From: an uncultured Pseudomonadales bacterium
GTDB lineage: Bacteria; Patescibacteriota; Microgenomatia; UBA1400; PJMF01
DNA length: 64,000 nucleotides
NCBI GenBank assembly: GCA_964511345.1
Contig: CAZEEV010000001.1
Span: 8,089-72,088 of the forward strand
Reading direction: 5' to 3'
In this document: one piece after another, positions 8,711 through 17,649 of the stretch
How the letters are laid out: every line of letters starts with the position of its first letter
Numbering within the stretch: position 1 is the first letter of the stretch
The notes under the pieces: generated by a model
The model's input: only the letters and a program-made list of their open reading frames with translations
Database searches by the model: none
What the model was told of the DNA's origin: nothing
Translations under genes and position numbers: made by a program

Positions 8711-11341
8711 ATGTATAAAAAACTGAACAAAGTTTTTTTTAGTATTTTGCTTTGTTTTTTAGCGTTTAATCTTGTCACAACTAATTTAGTGCAGGCCGAA
8801 GGTCCAGCAGTAATTTCTAATATAACTATTGATCCAGATTTAGATATTTCTCGTTTTGGTGCATATATTATTAATGCGACGATTGATAATTACTTGACGA
8901 CTGACCCAGTGAACATCAACATTAGCACCCTTAATGGAGACGGTGGAGAAAGCTGGAACTATTATGCTGATGGCACAGCTGACTCACAGACTTTAGAACT
9001 TTTGATGACTTATTTAAGTGGCAATATTTGGCGAAAAACCAGTATTTATCCAGACTACATTTATCCAGAGATTTTTTTTGCTCCATCCAATGTTACTTGG
9101 TATAACGTTCCTAGTGAATTGCCAATTAGACGCAATGATTATCATCTTTTGCACTTTGAAAATTCTTTTACGATGCGAGCAGAGATGAATTTTTGGATTG
9201 AAATTAATGCTTTAGCTAGAGCAGCTAATTCAGCTGATTTGCAAATTTATTTAGTCGCAGAAAATAAACCTGCTAGTTTTTTTGAAAGTGATTGGCGCAA
9301 TAGCGCAGATGTAGAACTTGTCGGCACGATTGATAAAGAGGCGGCATTTCATCATCAACACACTAGCAATTCTAGCCATCATTTGGTGGCTCTGACAGTT
9401 AATGCTGATGGCACAGTAGGAAATAAAAGTTTAAATATCGATAATGATTTTTGGATTATTGTCTATAACACTTCGCCAAATTTAGCTCGCGGTTGGGATT
9501 TGCGTTACCATGCATCCAATTTATGTACTAATAATAATGGTTGGTATCGTGGGAATCAGGCTGGTTGGAGCATTGCTGCTCAAACTGGTTGTCCTGATAC
9601 TCATATCCATGTAGCTAGACGCACTGAGGGGTTTGCCGATAGAGTGCAGGCGATAGTTACTGCTGGTGAAGTGAGTGAGACGGCAACTTTTTCTTTTGCG
9701 CCTTTACCAAATTTAGCGCCAAATGCGACTCGTTTTTTAAGTCCTAACGCTGGAACTTACGAAGGTAATGTGACTATTAGTTGGGATCCAGCAACTGATC
9801 CAAATAATGATTCTTTAACTTACAATATTGATTTACTTGATGCAGAGGGTAATGTTTTAAGTAATTTATTAACAGACGGAGCTACGACCAGCGCTGTTTT
9901 AAACAGTACTGCATTAGATGATGGCGAATATAGTTTGGCTGGCGAGGTTTGTGACAGCGAGCCTCTTTGTACTAGCTTTACCTTGGAGTATAGCTTTTTC
10001 ATTGATAACGTTGATGAAATTTATAATATTTCTTCATTGAGCTTAAGTAGCGATGGTGATGATATTAGTGTGGCAGAAATAGGCGATCGAGTAACTCTCT
10101 TATTTATGGCTGATGGAGAGATTGTCGCACCAAGTGTAATTTTTTATTCAGGAGGTATAAGTGTTACTCAAGAGATTACTGTTGAAAGTTTAGGTGATAA
10201 CTACTGGTCGGCTAGTTATGTGGTTGATGAAAATGATACAACTGGTGTAGTTAGTTTTGTTTTAAGCGGCGCCAACTTAGCGGATACTTATGTGGATACG
10301 AGTGACGAATCGTTGGTAACTGTAGTTATGCCGACTCCTACTCCCACCCCAACCCCTACTCCGACTCCTACTCCAACTTCCACGCCGACCCCCACCCCAA
10401 CTCCAAGTAACCTAGTAAGTCTATTGACTGCTGCTCGTGCTCCCAAATGCACAGATTCAATTACTAGTGAGAGGCCTCAGTTATTTCAAACTACTGTTCA
10501 AGACAATAGAGTAACAGTTTTTTTTACTCCGCTTGGCGGTGTAAGTGAATATTATTTATCTTATTCCAATAATAATAATGCTGAAGAACATGGTTTAATG
10601 GTAACCTTAAGCGATCAGGGAGTGCAGCAATGGACCATTGGTGATTTAAATTTTGATGCAACTTATTATTTTAAAGTAAGAGGTCAAAAAGGGTGTGCAG
10701 CAGGCAATTGGTCCAACATTCAAAAAATAGAAATTACCAAAATAAAACAAACTGGTCAGGGTTCAAGTACTGCACAAACAAATGAGTCAACAGATGCTTG
10801 TAGCTACATTGTAAAGTCAGGAGATACTTTGTTTGGCATTGCTCAAAAATTAAATTTAAATCTGGAAGAGCTGATTAATATCAATAAGACTAAATATCCT
10901 ACTGTAGAAAAATTATTGCAAATAGATTGGCAATTAGATTTGCCTTGCAAACAAAACGAAAATGAACCTTCTTTGCAAGAAGTGTCTAATCAAGCTTACG
11001 AATTACATCTAAAATTAAAAAATGAGGGCAAACCATTAGTGGGAGCACAAATTGAATTACACTCTGATCCAAAAAGTGGGAAAACTGATCAAAATGGAGA
11101 ATTAATTTTGCGTGATATAGAACCAGGAGAACATACTTTAAAAATTGCTTATCAAGATTTGGCAACAGAGCAGAAAATTCAGTTTGAAGGGGAAAAACAA
11201 GTTATTGATTTAACGGTTAACGTAACTCTGCAAGATAAAAAATTTACCTGGTGGCATTGGTTAATGATCTCCATTGGTTTGATTACTGCAGCTGGAGCTG
11301 GTTTTTATATTAGAGGCGATTATAAAAAACGCTCTAGCTAA
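8711..11341 (+). CDS. Multidomain cell-surface protein (signal peptide, Ig/FN3-like domains, PT linker, LysM, C-terminal TM anchor)
   Basis: Start moved to MYKKLNK (TACAAT-6nt-ATG); signal peptide ending VQA; (PT)n; YIVKSGDTLFGIAQK LysM; C-terminal WWHWLMISIGL...KKRSS. Confidence 0.8.
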   Translation: MYKKLNKVFFSILLCFLAFNLVTTNLVQAEGPAVISNITIDPDLDISRFGAYIINATIDNYLTTDPVNINISTLNGDGGESWNYYADGTADSQTLELLMTYLSGNIWRKTSIYPDYIYPEIFFAPSNVTWYNVPSELPIRRNDYHLLHFENSFTMRAEMNFWIEINALARAANSADLQIYLVAENKPASFFESDWRNSADVELVGTIDKEAAFHHQHTSNSSHHLVALTVNADGTVGNKSLNIDNDFWIIVYNTSPNLARGWDLRYHASNLCTNNNGWYRGNQAGWSIAAQTGCPDTHIHVARRTEGFADRVQAIVTAGEVSETATFSFAPLPNLAPNATRFLSPNAGTYEGNVTISWDPATDPNNDSLTYNIDLLDAEGNVLSNLLTDGATTSAVLNSTALDDGEYSLAGEVCDSEPLCTSFTLEYSFFIDNVDEIYNISSLSLSSDGDDISVAEIGDRVTLLFMADGEIVAPSVIFYSGGISVTQEITVESLGDNYWSASYVVDENDTTGVVSFVLSGANLADTYVDTSDESLVTVVMPTPTPTPTPTPTPTPTSTPTPTPTPSNLVSLLTAARAPKCTDSITSERPQLFQTTVQDNRVTVFFTPLGGVSEYYLSYSNNNNAEEHGLMVTLSDQGVQQWTIGDLNFDATYYFKVRGQKGCAAGNWSNIQKIEITKIKQTGQGSSTAQTNESTDACSYIVKSGDTLFGIAQKLNLNLEELININKTKYPTVEKLLQIDWQLDLPCKQNENEPSLQEVSNQAYELHLKLKNEGKPLVGAQIELHSDPKSGKTDQNGELILRDIEPGEHTLKIAYQDLATEQKIQFEGEKQVIDLTVNVTLQDKKFTWWHWLMISIGLITAAGAGFYIRGDYKKRSS
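10331..10405 (+). repeat. Degenerate hexamer repeat (CCN-ACN) encoding a Pro-Thr linker
   Basis: ccgactcctactcccaccccaacccctact...; synonymous variation, coding. Confidence 0.9.
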
Positions 11342-11421
11342 AAGACTTTACTTAGTTTTATGACTGGTATTTTGTCCAAATAATTGATAAAATCACTGCT
11401 GTTAATTTAACAAGTCCACAA

Positions 11422-11496
11422 TCCTCGATAGCTCAATGGCAGAGCAGGAAGCTGTTAACTTCAAGGTTCTAGGTTCGAGTCCTAGTCGGGGAGCCA
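11422..11496 (+). tRNA. tRNA-Asn (GTT), CCA encoded
   Basis: TCCTCGA/TCGGGGA acceptor stem, GCTC/GAGC D stem, CT-GTT-AA loop, CTAGG-TTCGAGT-CCTAG T arm, G-CCA end. Confidence 0.97.
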
Positions 11497-11525
11497 ATAG
11501 TCACTTATTCGAATGGCAATAATTT

Positions 11526-12092
11526 ATGGATCCAAAAATTAAAGCAATTTATTTTAGATTAGAAAATTTGTTAGCAACTATTCCTGATTCTGGAAAGCAT
11601 TACAGAATTAACCAATCGATTGTTGATAGTTATCATCAAGCTATTGACCAGCTTTCTTCTATAACCGATGAGTCATTTGATCATTTTAAGGTTTCACCAT
11701 CAGAATCTGAGGGTGGATATGGAACATACGGAGACAAGACCTTCTGGGTAACTGATTCTGTCAAAACTCAAATTGCTAGTTTGTTGGGGCATATTAAAGG
11801 AATATATTCCCTAGATCAAATGGCAACAATTGATTCCGAAAATAATCCTATAATCACAGTTATAAATCAAAATACAATGGCTGTTACGTTAAATCTTACA
11901 CTTTCTCAATTAATTGAGAAATCAACAGATGAAACAGAGAAAGAAAAGTTAATTGAACTAGATAAAGAGCTAAAATCACCAAACAAAAACTGGGAGAAAA
12001 TTAAAAGTATTCTTGTTTGGGTTGCTGATTTTAGTAAAGATCTTTTTTTTCAACTTTTACCCATAATTTTAAAACACTATGGTGTTAACTAA
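11526..12092 (+). CDS. Hypothetical protein
   Basis: 188-aa ORF immediately after tRNA-Asn; no family recognised. Confidence 0.7.
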   Translation: MDPKIKAIYFRLENLLATIPDSGKHYRINQSIVDSYHQAIDQLSSITDESFDHFKVSPSESEGGYGTYGDKTFWVTDSVKTQIASLLGHIKGIYSLDQMATIDSENNPIITVINQNTMAVTLNLTLSQLIEKSTDETEKEKLIELDKELKSPNKNWEKIKSILVWVADFSKDLFFQLLPIILKHYGVN

Positions 12093-12181
12093 TTTACATT
12101 GATACTTTCAAGGAAATTAATATTTAACATGATATTTCGAATAAGCTCATGAACAGGGAGCATATTTGCTATAATCAACCT

Positions 12182-12487
12182 ATGTCTAAAAATCCTTTTG
12201 TTAACGCCCTCAGTGCTTCAGCATATATTTTTCTCGTTGTCTCTGCAATGAACTTTGTTACTCAGCCATTGAGAGATAAGCCTGATACTTTTTTTGCTCC
12301 GATCGCAGTTTTATTTGTGCTGACTCTTTCCGTTGCAGTAATGGCGTTTCTATTTTTTTATCAGCCGTTGCAGCTTTTTATTGGAGGCAAGAAAAAAGAA
12401 GCAGTTAACTTATTTACTAAAACTGTGGGAATTTTTGCAGCTATCACTGCTATTGTTTTAATTCTGCTTTTTTCTGGTCTTATTTAA
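12182..12487 (+). CDS. Small 3-TM membrane protein
   Basis: Three hydrophobic segments; leaderless start TGcTATAAT-6nt-ATG (MSKNPF). Confidence 0.8.
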   Translation: MSKNPFVNALSASAYIFLVVSAMNFVTQPLRDKPDTFFAPIAVLFVLTLSVAVMAFLFFYQPLQLFIGGKKKEAVNLFTKTVGIFAAITAIVLILLFSGLI

Positions 12488-12494
12488 TTACTAT

Positions 12495-13163
12495 CTAAAT
12501 TTCCTCCGCTTCTACCTCTTCTCTTAAAGCTTTCAAGTTAAGAATTTCAAGACATCCTTTTTGGTCGCTAATTAATTTTTTGAGTTTAATTTTTTGTAGA
12601 GTTTTATTAAGGTATTCTCTGGAAATACAGAGCATGTTGGCTAATTCTTCTTGGGTCAAGTTTATACGTAGGGTGCATTGTTTACCACATTTATCCCCGT
12701 GAAATTCAGCTAGGAATAATAACTCAGCAATTACTCGCGCATAAATGTTTCTTTCTCCAAGAATGAGGACTTGAGAAAGTAAATAAACATTATTGCGAGA
12801 AACTTGCTGCATGTAAGCCCCAAAAGCTATTGGCTCAGTGGTAATTAGATCTGAAAATTCTTGGCAACTTAAGCGATAAACCAAACAATCAGTAATGCTT
12901 TGTGCCGCAATATTAACCGTTGGTTGGGCCATGACGCTGCCAACTTTACCAAAAATAGTTCCTGCTTCGCCGATGGCTAGAATTTGTTCAGCCCCACCAA
13001 CTTTAGTGGAAGAGAGCATGGCTTGACCTGATTCAAGATAATAAATGCCTTGAGCGCTGTCTTCTGGTCGAAAAAATTGGCGACCTTTTTTATAATTAAT
13101 TTTTAAGCCGTATTTTTGGAAATACGGAACAATTGGCTGAGTCATTGTTTTGATATTTTTCAT
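12495..13163 (-). CDS. Crp/Fnr family transcriptional regulator
   Basis: cNMP-binding fold (YKKGRQFF, IYYLESG, GTIFG) and HTH LTQEELANMLCISREYLNKTL. Confidence 0.92.
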   Translation of the reverse strand: MKNIKTMTQPIVPYFQKYGLKINYKKGRQFFRPEDSAQGIYYLESGQAMLSSTKVGGAEQILAIGEAGTIFGKVGSVMAQPTVNIAAQSITDCLVYRLSCQEFSDLITTEPIAFGAYMQQVSRNNVYLLSQVLILGERNIYARVIAELLFLAEFHGDKCGKQCTLRINLTQEELANMLCISREYLNKTLQKIKLKKLISDQKGCLEILNLKALREEVEAEEI

Positions 13164-13173
13164 ATATTTAATG

Positions 13174-13189
13174 TGTGAAGTGGTTCACA
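13174..13189. promoter_or_regulatory. CRP-type box TGTGA-N6-TCACA
   Basis: TGTGA AGTGGT TCACA, perfect consensus, between the divergent Crp/Fnr and GLUG genes. Confidence 0.85.
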
Positions 13190-13249
13190 AATTTTATTTT
13201 AACAAGTTCATAGTAAATTGCTAGCCGAATTTATATTATAAAAATAACT

Positions 13250-15208
13250 ATGAAAAAATTGTTGCTATTTTTGTTGCTAGTTACCCTATCTTTTCCGCCA
13301 CTGATCAAAGCGGATGGCGAAATAGCAATTGATAGCTGGACAGAATTGGTAAGCATTGGAATTGATGCCAATTATCCATGTAGTGGCAGTTATTTATTAA
13401 CTAAAAATTTAACTAGTAGTGACGTCGATTATGCTACGGTAGCGGGTGCCGAAGCAGGTTTTCAACCTATTTGTAGTGCTGGAGATGATTTTTCTGGTAT
13501 TTTTGATGGACAAAATTATGAAATTCAAGATCTAGTTATTAATTCTGCCGAAGGCGCTGCTTTATTTAGTGATTTAGAGGGTGCAACTATCAAAAATCTT
13601 TCTTTAGTTGATATTAGTGTAACTGGAGATGGCTATTATGTTGGTGGTCTAGCCAAAAGAACTAGTGGCGGTGCGATTGAAAATGTACATGTTTCAGGAA
13701 CAATTAATAATAATGCAGAACTGGCGGATTGTACTGGTGGGATGATTGGTAGCGTTGAGGAATCCACGACTATTTCTGAATCATCTGCTAATATAAACGT
13801 AACTGGTTCTCGCTACGTTGGCGGATTAGTTGGTTGCTCCAATTATGAAGGTGAGAATGAAACGGGTGCGACCATTTCTCAATCTTATTCAGAGGGAATT
13901 GTAGATGCAACTGTTGGTTATGTTGGCGGATTAGTTGGTGCTGGTCAGATAACGGTTATTAACAATTCTTATTCTACAGTCACTATCACTGGAAGTGCTA
14001 GTCGCGTTGGTGGCTTAGTTGGTAAGATGAATGATGGGGAAGTTTCTAAATCATATTCTGATAACGGAACAATATCTGGAGATAATTATCTTGGTGGATT
14101 AATAGGCTGGGCGCAAAGCACCACTATTCGCGATACCTATTCTCGATCTAATGTCAGTGCGACTGGACAATTTATTGGTGGTTTAGTTGGAATGCTGGGT
14201 AGTGAAATGATGGGCAGTATTTATAGCTCTTATGCTACAGGAAATGTAGAAGGACTTTATACCATTGGTGGACTTGTAGGTGGTATTAGTGATGACGACA
14301 TACACGATTCATTTTCGACTGGAAATATCACTTTATTGGATTCTGGAGCTTGGATAGGCGGAGTATTTGGAGACTATCAAAGCACTTGGACGATTGACAA
14401 TGTCTACTGGTATCAGTCAGCTCACAACTCAGAATTAACTTGTTATAACGGAGGAGATTGTGATGGTAATGATACGGCAATATCGACAGAACAGGGATTG
14501 TCATATTTCTATGATGCCACTAATGAGCCATTAAATGTTTGGAATTTCACCACTGTTTGGTTTGAGAATGAGAATGACTATCCAACCTTAAGAGATATGC
14601 CTGGGGAAGATATTGGTGATAACGATGAACAGCCAACTCCTACGCCTACTCCTACTCCAACACCAACTTCTAGTAGTCGTCATTTGAGTAGCAAGTCAGC
14701 ACCGGTTTGCAGTGATCAAAAGCCCAGTGCTCCTGATTTGTTTCAAATCAACACCACTTTGACTAATGCTAAGTTGTATTTCACTCCACTATTTAACGCT
14801 GATACTTATGTTATCAGCTTCTCCACTAATCCTTTAGCTGAAGAACACGGGGAAGAAGTTACTCTGACTCGTGAAGGTGTGCAATCACACCAAATTTATT
14901 TTCTAAGACCCAACACCACTTATTATCTCAAAGTTAGAGGTCAAAACGGTTGCGCGGCAGGTGAGTGGAGCAATATTATGGAAGTGAAAACTGACGCTAG
15001 AATTTATTACAAAAATTTCTCTCCTAGAAATTCAATTTCTTCTTTCCAGCAAAACAACTTTAATGATGAAGATGACACAAAAGCGTTCATCACTCCTCAG
15101 CCCGAGCCTGCTACTCCGACTCCTACACCCACACAGAACATGGAGCAAGAAAATTCAGGCTCCGAGTCTCAAAATGCTAAAAAATGTTTCTTATGGTGGT
15201 GTTGGTAG
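13250..15208 (+). CDS. Secreted GLUG-repeat protein with PT linker and FN3-like domain
   Basis: Signal peptide; repeated VGGLVG/IGGLVG; FSGIFDGQNYEI; C-terminal KKCFLWWCW. Confidence 0.85.
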   Translation: MKKLLLFLLLVTLSFPPLIKADGEIAIDSWTELVSIGIDANYPCSGSYLLTKNLTSSDVDYATVAGAEAGFQPICSAGDDFSGIFDGQNYEIQDLVINSAEGAALFSDLEGATIKNLSLVDISVTGDGYYVGGLAKRTSGGAIENVHVSGTINNNAELADCTGGMIGSVEESTTISESSANINVTGSRYVGGLVGCSNYEGENETGATISQSYSEGIVDATVGYVGGLVGAGQITVINNSYSTVTITGSASRVGGLVGKMNDGEVSKSYSDNGTISGDNYLGGLIGWAQSTTIRDTYSRSNVSATGQFIGGLVGMLGSEMMGSIYSSYATGNVEGLYTIGGLVGGISDDDIHDSFSTGNITLLDSGAWIGGVFGDYQSTWTIDNVYWYQSAHNSELTCYNGGDCDGNDTAISTEQGLSYFYDATNEPLNVWNFTTVWFENENDYPTLRDMPGEDIGDNDEQPTPTPTPTPTPTSSSRHLSSKSAPVCSDQKPSAPDLFQINTTLTNAKLYFTPLFNADTYVISFSTNPLAEEHGEEVTLTREGVQSHQIYFLRPNTTYYLKVRGQNGCAAGEWSNIMEVKTDARIYYKNFSPRNSISSFQQNNFNDEDDTKAFITPQPEPATPTPTPTQNMEQENSGSESQNAKKCFLWWCW

Positions 15209-15291
15209 AGGAGTTTTTACCACAACGAACAAATAGACCTCAAAAAGAAGAAACTTGCCATTTCAATAGTATAATTGATTATAATCTCGTC

Positions 15292-15591
15292 ATGCACAAT
15301 TCTCACGAAAACGAGCAGCCGCCTATGAAGAATGTCTCTGTTGGTTTATATGGTCATACTGCAGATGAATCTTTGGAAGAAAAAATTGCTCAAATCCAAG
15401 CTTTCCTTACTAAAAACGGTGGAACTTGTAATGTGCTTAGAAAACCAGTCAACAAAACAGATGCTGATCTTTTAATTGAATTTCACGCTAACATCCCAGA
15501 ATGGTTTGTTAATCAGCATCATGCTTTTGATAGCGTATTAAACAGCACCACTAATGGTTTTGGCGTAGCCTGGGTGGAGGATATTAATTAA
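15292..15591 (+). CDS. Hypothetical protein
   Basis: Start moved to MHNSHE (TATAAT-6nt-ATG). Confidence 0.6.
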   Translation: MHNSHENEQPPMKNVSVGLYGHTADESLEEKIAQIQAFLTKNGGTCNVLRKPVNKTDADLLIEFHANIPEWFVNQHHAFDSVLNSTTNGFGVAWVEDIN

Positions 15592-15594
15592 TTT

Positions 15595-16116
15595 ATGCAA
15601 CTGACTAGACCAAACATAAAATATAAAAAAAGTTTTCTAGAGGCCTTGCTCGAATATCAGAGTGAAGAAGTGAAGATTAAGCACAATCGAAATCGACATT
15701 ACAATAATTTGGACAAAGATGATTTGATAAAGGATTTCAACACTTACATTTCGAGTGAATTAGCCAAAGAAAAAGGCCTTAATATTCCTGCTGGCTATGT
15801 AGCAGAGTCAGTTTTTTGGTTGATAGATCAAGAAGAATTTATTGGCAAAGTTAATATTAGGCATCAATTAACTGAAAAGTTAAAACAAGCTGGTGGTCAC
15901 ATTGGCTATGACATTCGACCCTCTCTAAGAAATCGAGGTTATGGTAAAAATATTTTGCGTTTAGCTCTTGAAGAAGCCAAAAAAATAGGTAAAGATCAAG
16001 TCTTGCTCACTTGTAACGTCAATAATTTACCTTCAAAAAAAGTGATCGAAGAAAATGGTGGCATTTTTCAAGATCAATTAAATGATAATTTACGTTATTG
16101 GATCAAATTGAAATAA
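15595..16116 (+). CDS. GNAT family acetyltransferase
   Basis: GGHIGYDIRPSLRNRGYG, LLTC..NNLPSKKVIEENGG. Confidence 0.9.
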   Translation: MQLTRPNIKYKKSFLEALLEYQSEEVKIKHNRNRHYNNLDKDDLIKDFNTYISSELAKEKGLNIPAGYVAESVFWLIDQEEFIGKVNIRHQLTEKLKQAGGHIGYDIRPSLRNRGYGKNILRLALEEAKKIGKDQVLLTCNVNNLPSKKVIEENGGIFQDQLNDNLRYWIKLK

Positions 16117-16185
16117 TCGGTTGATTTACCTGTAGTATTCTGCGCTAAAATCTGGTATATATCATTCCGTATCAAAAAGAATAAT

Positions 16186-16770
16186 ATGTCGCGAGAATAT
16201 CCAAAGGGTTGGGAGATTTTATACTCACAAAACGAGATTGCAGAGGCAACAAATAATTTAATAGAAGAAATCTCTCAGATTGATGGCATAACTGAGAAAC
16301 CAGTAATTTTAATTCAAATTCTAGAAAGCGCACGTGTTTTTGCCGAGAATTTACGAGCAGGATTAGCTGCTAAAAATATTAATGTCAGAGTGGAGTCTAT
16401 CAAAGCGAGTAGCTATAACGGTGAACCTGGTGAGCAAAGTGGCTTAAAAATTAATGGTCTAGAAAGCATTAAATTTTCAGGTAATGAAATTATTTTGGTA
16501 GTTGATGACATGGTTGACTCTGGCAACACCATGAAAGAAGTTATAGAGCGAGTGAAGGTGATAGCCAGTAGTGCTCCGGTTTTTGCGACAGTTTTGCTCC
16601 AAAAAATTTGTTCTATGTTTAAACCAGATTTCGCAGCCATTAAAAATTGTCCAAATCGTTGGGTAGCCGGACATGGTATCAATGGCAACTCTCCAGATGA
16701 GTTAGGTGAACAAGATGGTAGAGATTTGCCAGATATTATTGCTAAGGTGCAGAATTCTGAGTTACAATGA
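16186..16770 (+). CDS. Type I phosphoribosyltransferase, HPRT-like
   Basis: PRPP loop VVDDMVDSGNT, ASSY, WVAGHG, RDLPDI. Confidence 0.8.
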   Translation: MSREYPKGWEILYSQNEIAEATNNLIEEISQIDGITEKPVILIQILESARVFAENLRAGLAAKNINVRVESIKASSYNGEPGEQSGLKINGLESIKFSGNEIILVVDDMVDSGNTMKEVIERVKVIASSAPVFATVLLQKICSMFKPDFAAIKNCPNRWVAGHGINGNSPDELGEQDGRDLPDIIAKVQNSELQ

Positions 16771-16775
16771 GGTGT

Positions 16776-17006
16776 ATGAAAAAAGAAAATCTTTCCGCGG
16801 AATGTTGTCAAGATAAGTGTTTTTCCAGAGGCCATCATGACCACTGTGGTAGCTCAAATGCTATTTATGGTTTGGGAGTAGTTGGCGCTTTATTTTACTT
16901 TTTGCAAGGAGCAGCTGGTTTTACAGCAGTCATTGTAGGTATTGGCAAAGCCATTGTTTGGCCAGCCTTATTGATGTTTAAATTACTTACTTATTTGCAA
17001 ATGTAA
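16776..17006 (+). CDS. Small membrane protein with Cys/His-rich N-terminus
   Basis: AIYGLGVVGALFYF...GKAIVWPA; GAGGTG upstream of ATG. Confidence 0.65.
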   Translation: MKKENLSAECCQDKCFSRGHHDHCGSSNAIYGLGVVGALFYFLQGAAGFTAVIVGIGKAIVWPALLMFKLLTYLQM

Positions 17007-17028
17007 TTTTTAGTAATCTGTAGCGATT

Positions 17029-17643
17029 TCAATCGCTTTGTACAGCATTAAATTTCTTAAAACCCATTTCTTCAGGTATTTCTTCTTCTGCAGTAGTTAA
17101 GAAAAATAATAAACGATTGTCTTCAATAATTTCTTTTTTGCCAGTATGACCATCGGTAATTTCATTAGTATCCCACCAACGCTCTAAGAAAACATCTAGG
17201 TCAAAAACGCGATTTTGATTGGAAAAATCCTTGTATGGATCAACGATTACGAGTTGTTGCAGTTCTTCATCATAAAAAGAAATGACGCTATAGTGCCCAT
17301 AATCTCCTCCATCTTCTGTTTCTTCTTCTTCCTCTTCTTCAATTGAGTTATAAAACAATCCTTGCCACTCGACTCCAATAGCAATGTTTTTTTGTAATAA
17401 ATACTTTAAATCTTCAACTGAGGAATAGTATTTGTACCAAAAAGTGAGATGTGGTGCGATACGATTGCAGGCCACTGCAATTTGATCAATGCGCATGCCG
17501 TGTACAGCAATAGTTTTTTCTACTCCAGCTACTTCAGCAATTACTTGTTGAGTAGTGGTTACGCCGAGTGTTTCGAGCAACATTTGCAGTACAGCGGCGC
17601 CGCAGTGTTCTTCAGAAATTTGTGTAACCTGATGTATTTGCAT
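17029..17643 (-). CDS. C39-like cysteine peptidase
   Basis: Q-x5-CGAA, GHYSV and IVDPY give a Cys-His-Asp triad pattern. Confidence 0.75.
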   Translation of the reverse strand: MQIHQVTQISEEHCGAAVLQMLLETLGVTTTQQVIAEVAGVEKTIAVHGMRIDQIAVACNRIAPHLTFWYKYYSSVEDLKYLLQKNIAIGVEWQGLFYNSIEEEEEEETEDGGDYGHYSVISFYDEELQQLVIVDPYKDFSNQNRVFDLDVFLERWWDTNEITDGHTGKKEIIEDNRLLFFLTTAEEEIPEEMGFKKFNAVQSD

Positions 17644-17649
17644 AAGATA

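Noticed and set aside
10331-14670. Short tandem repeats as a CRISPR array or VNTR
   Set aside because: They are synonymous-variable CCN-ACN codons for Pro-Thr linkers, with no repeat-spacer pattern and no cas genes
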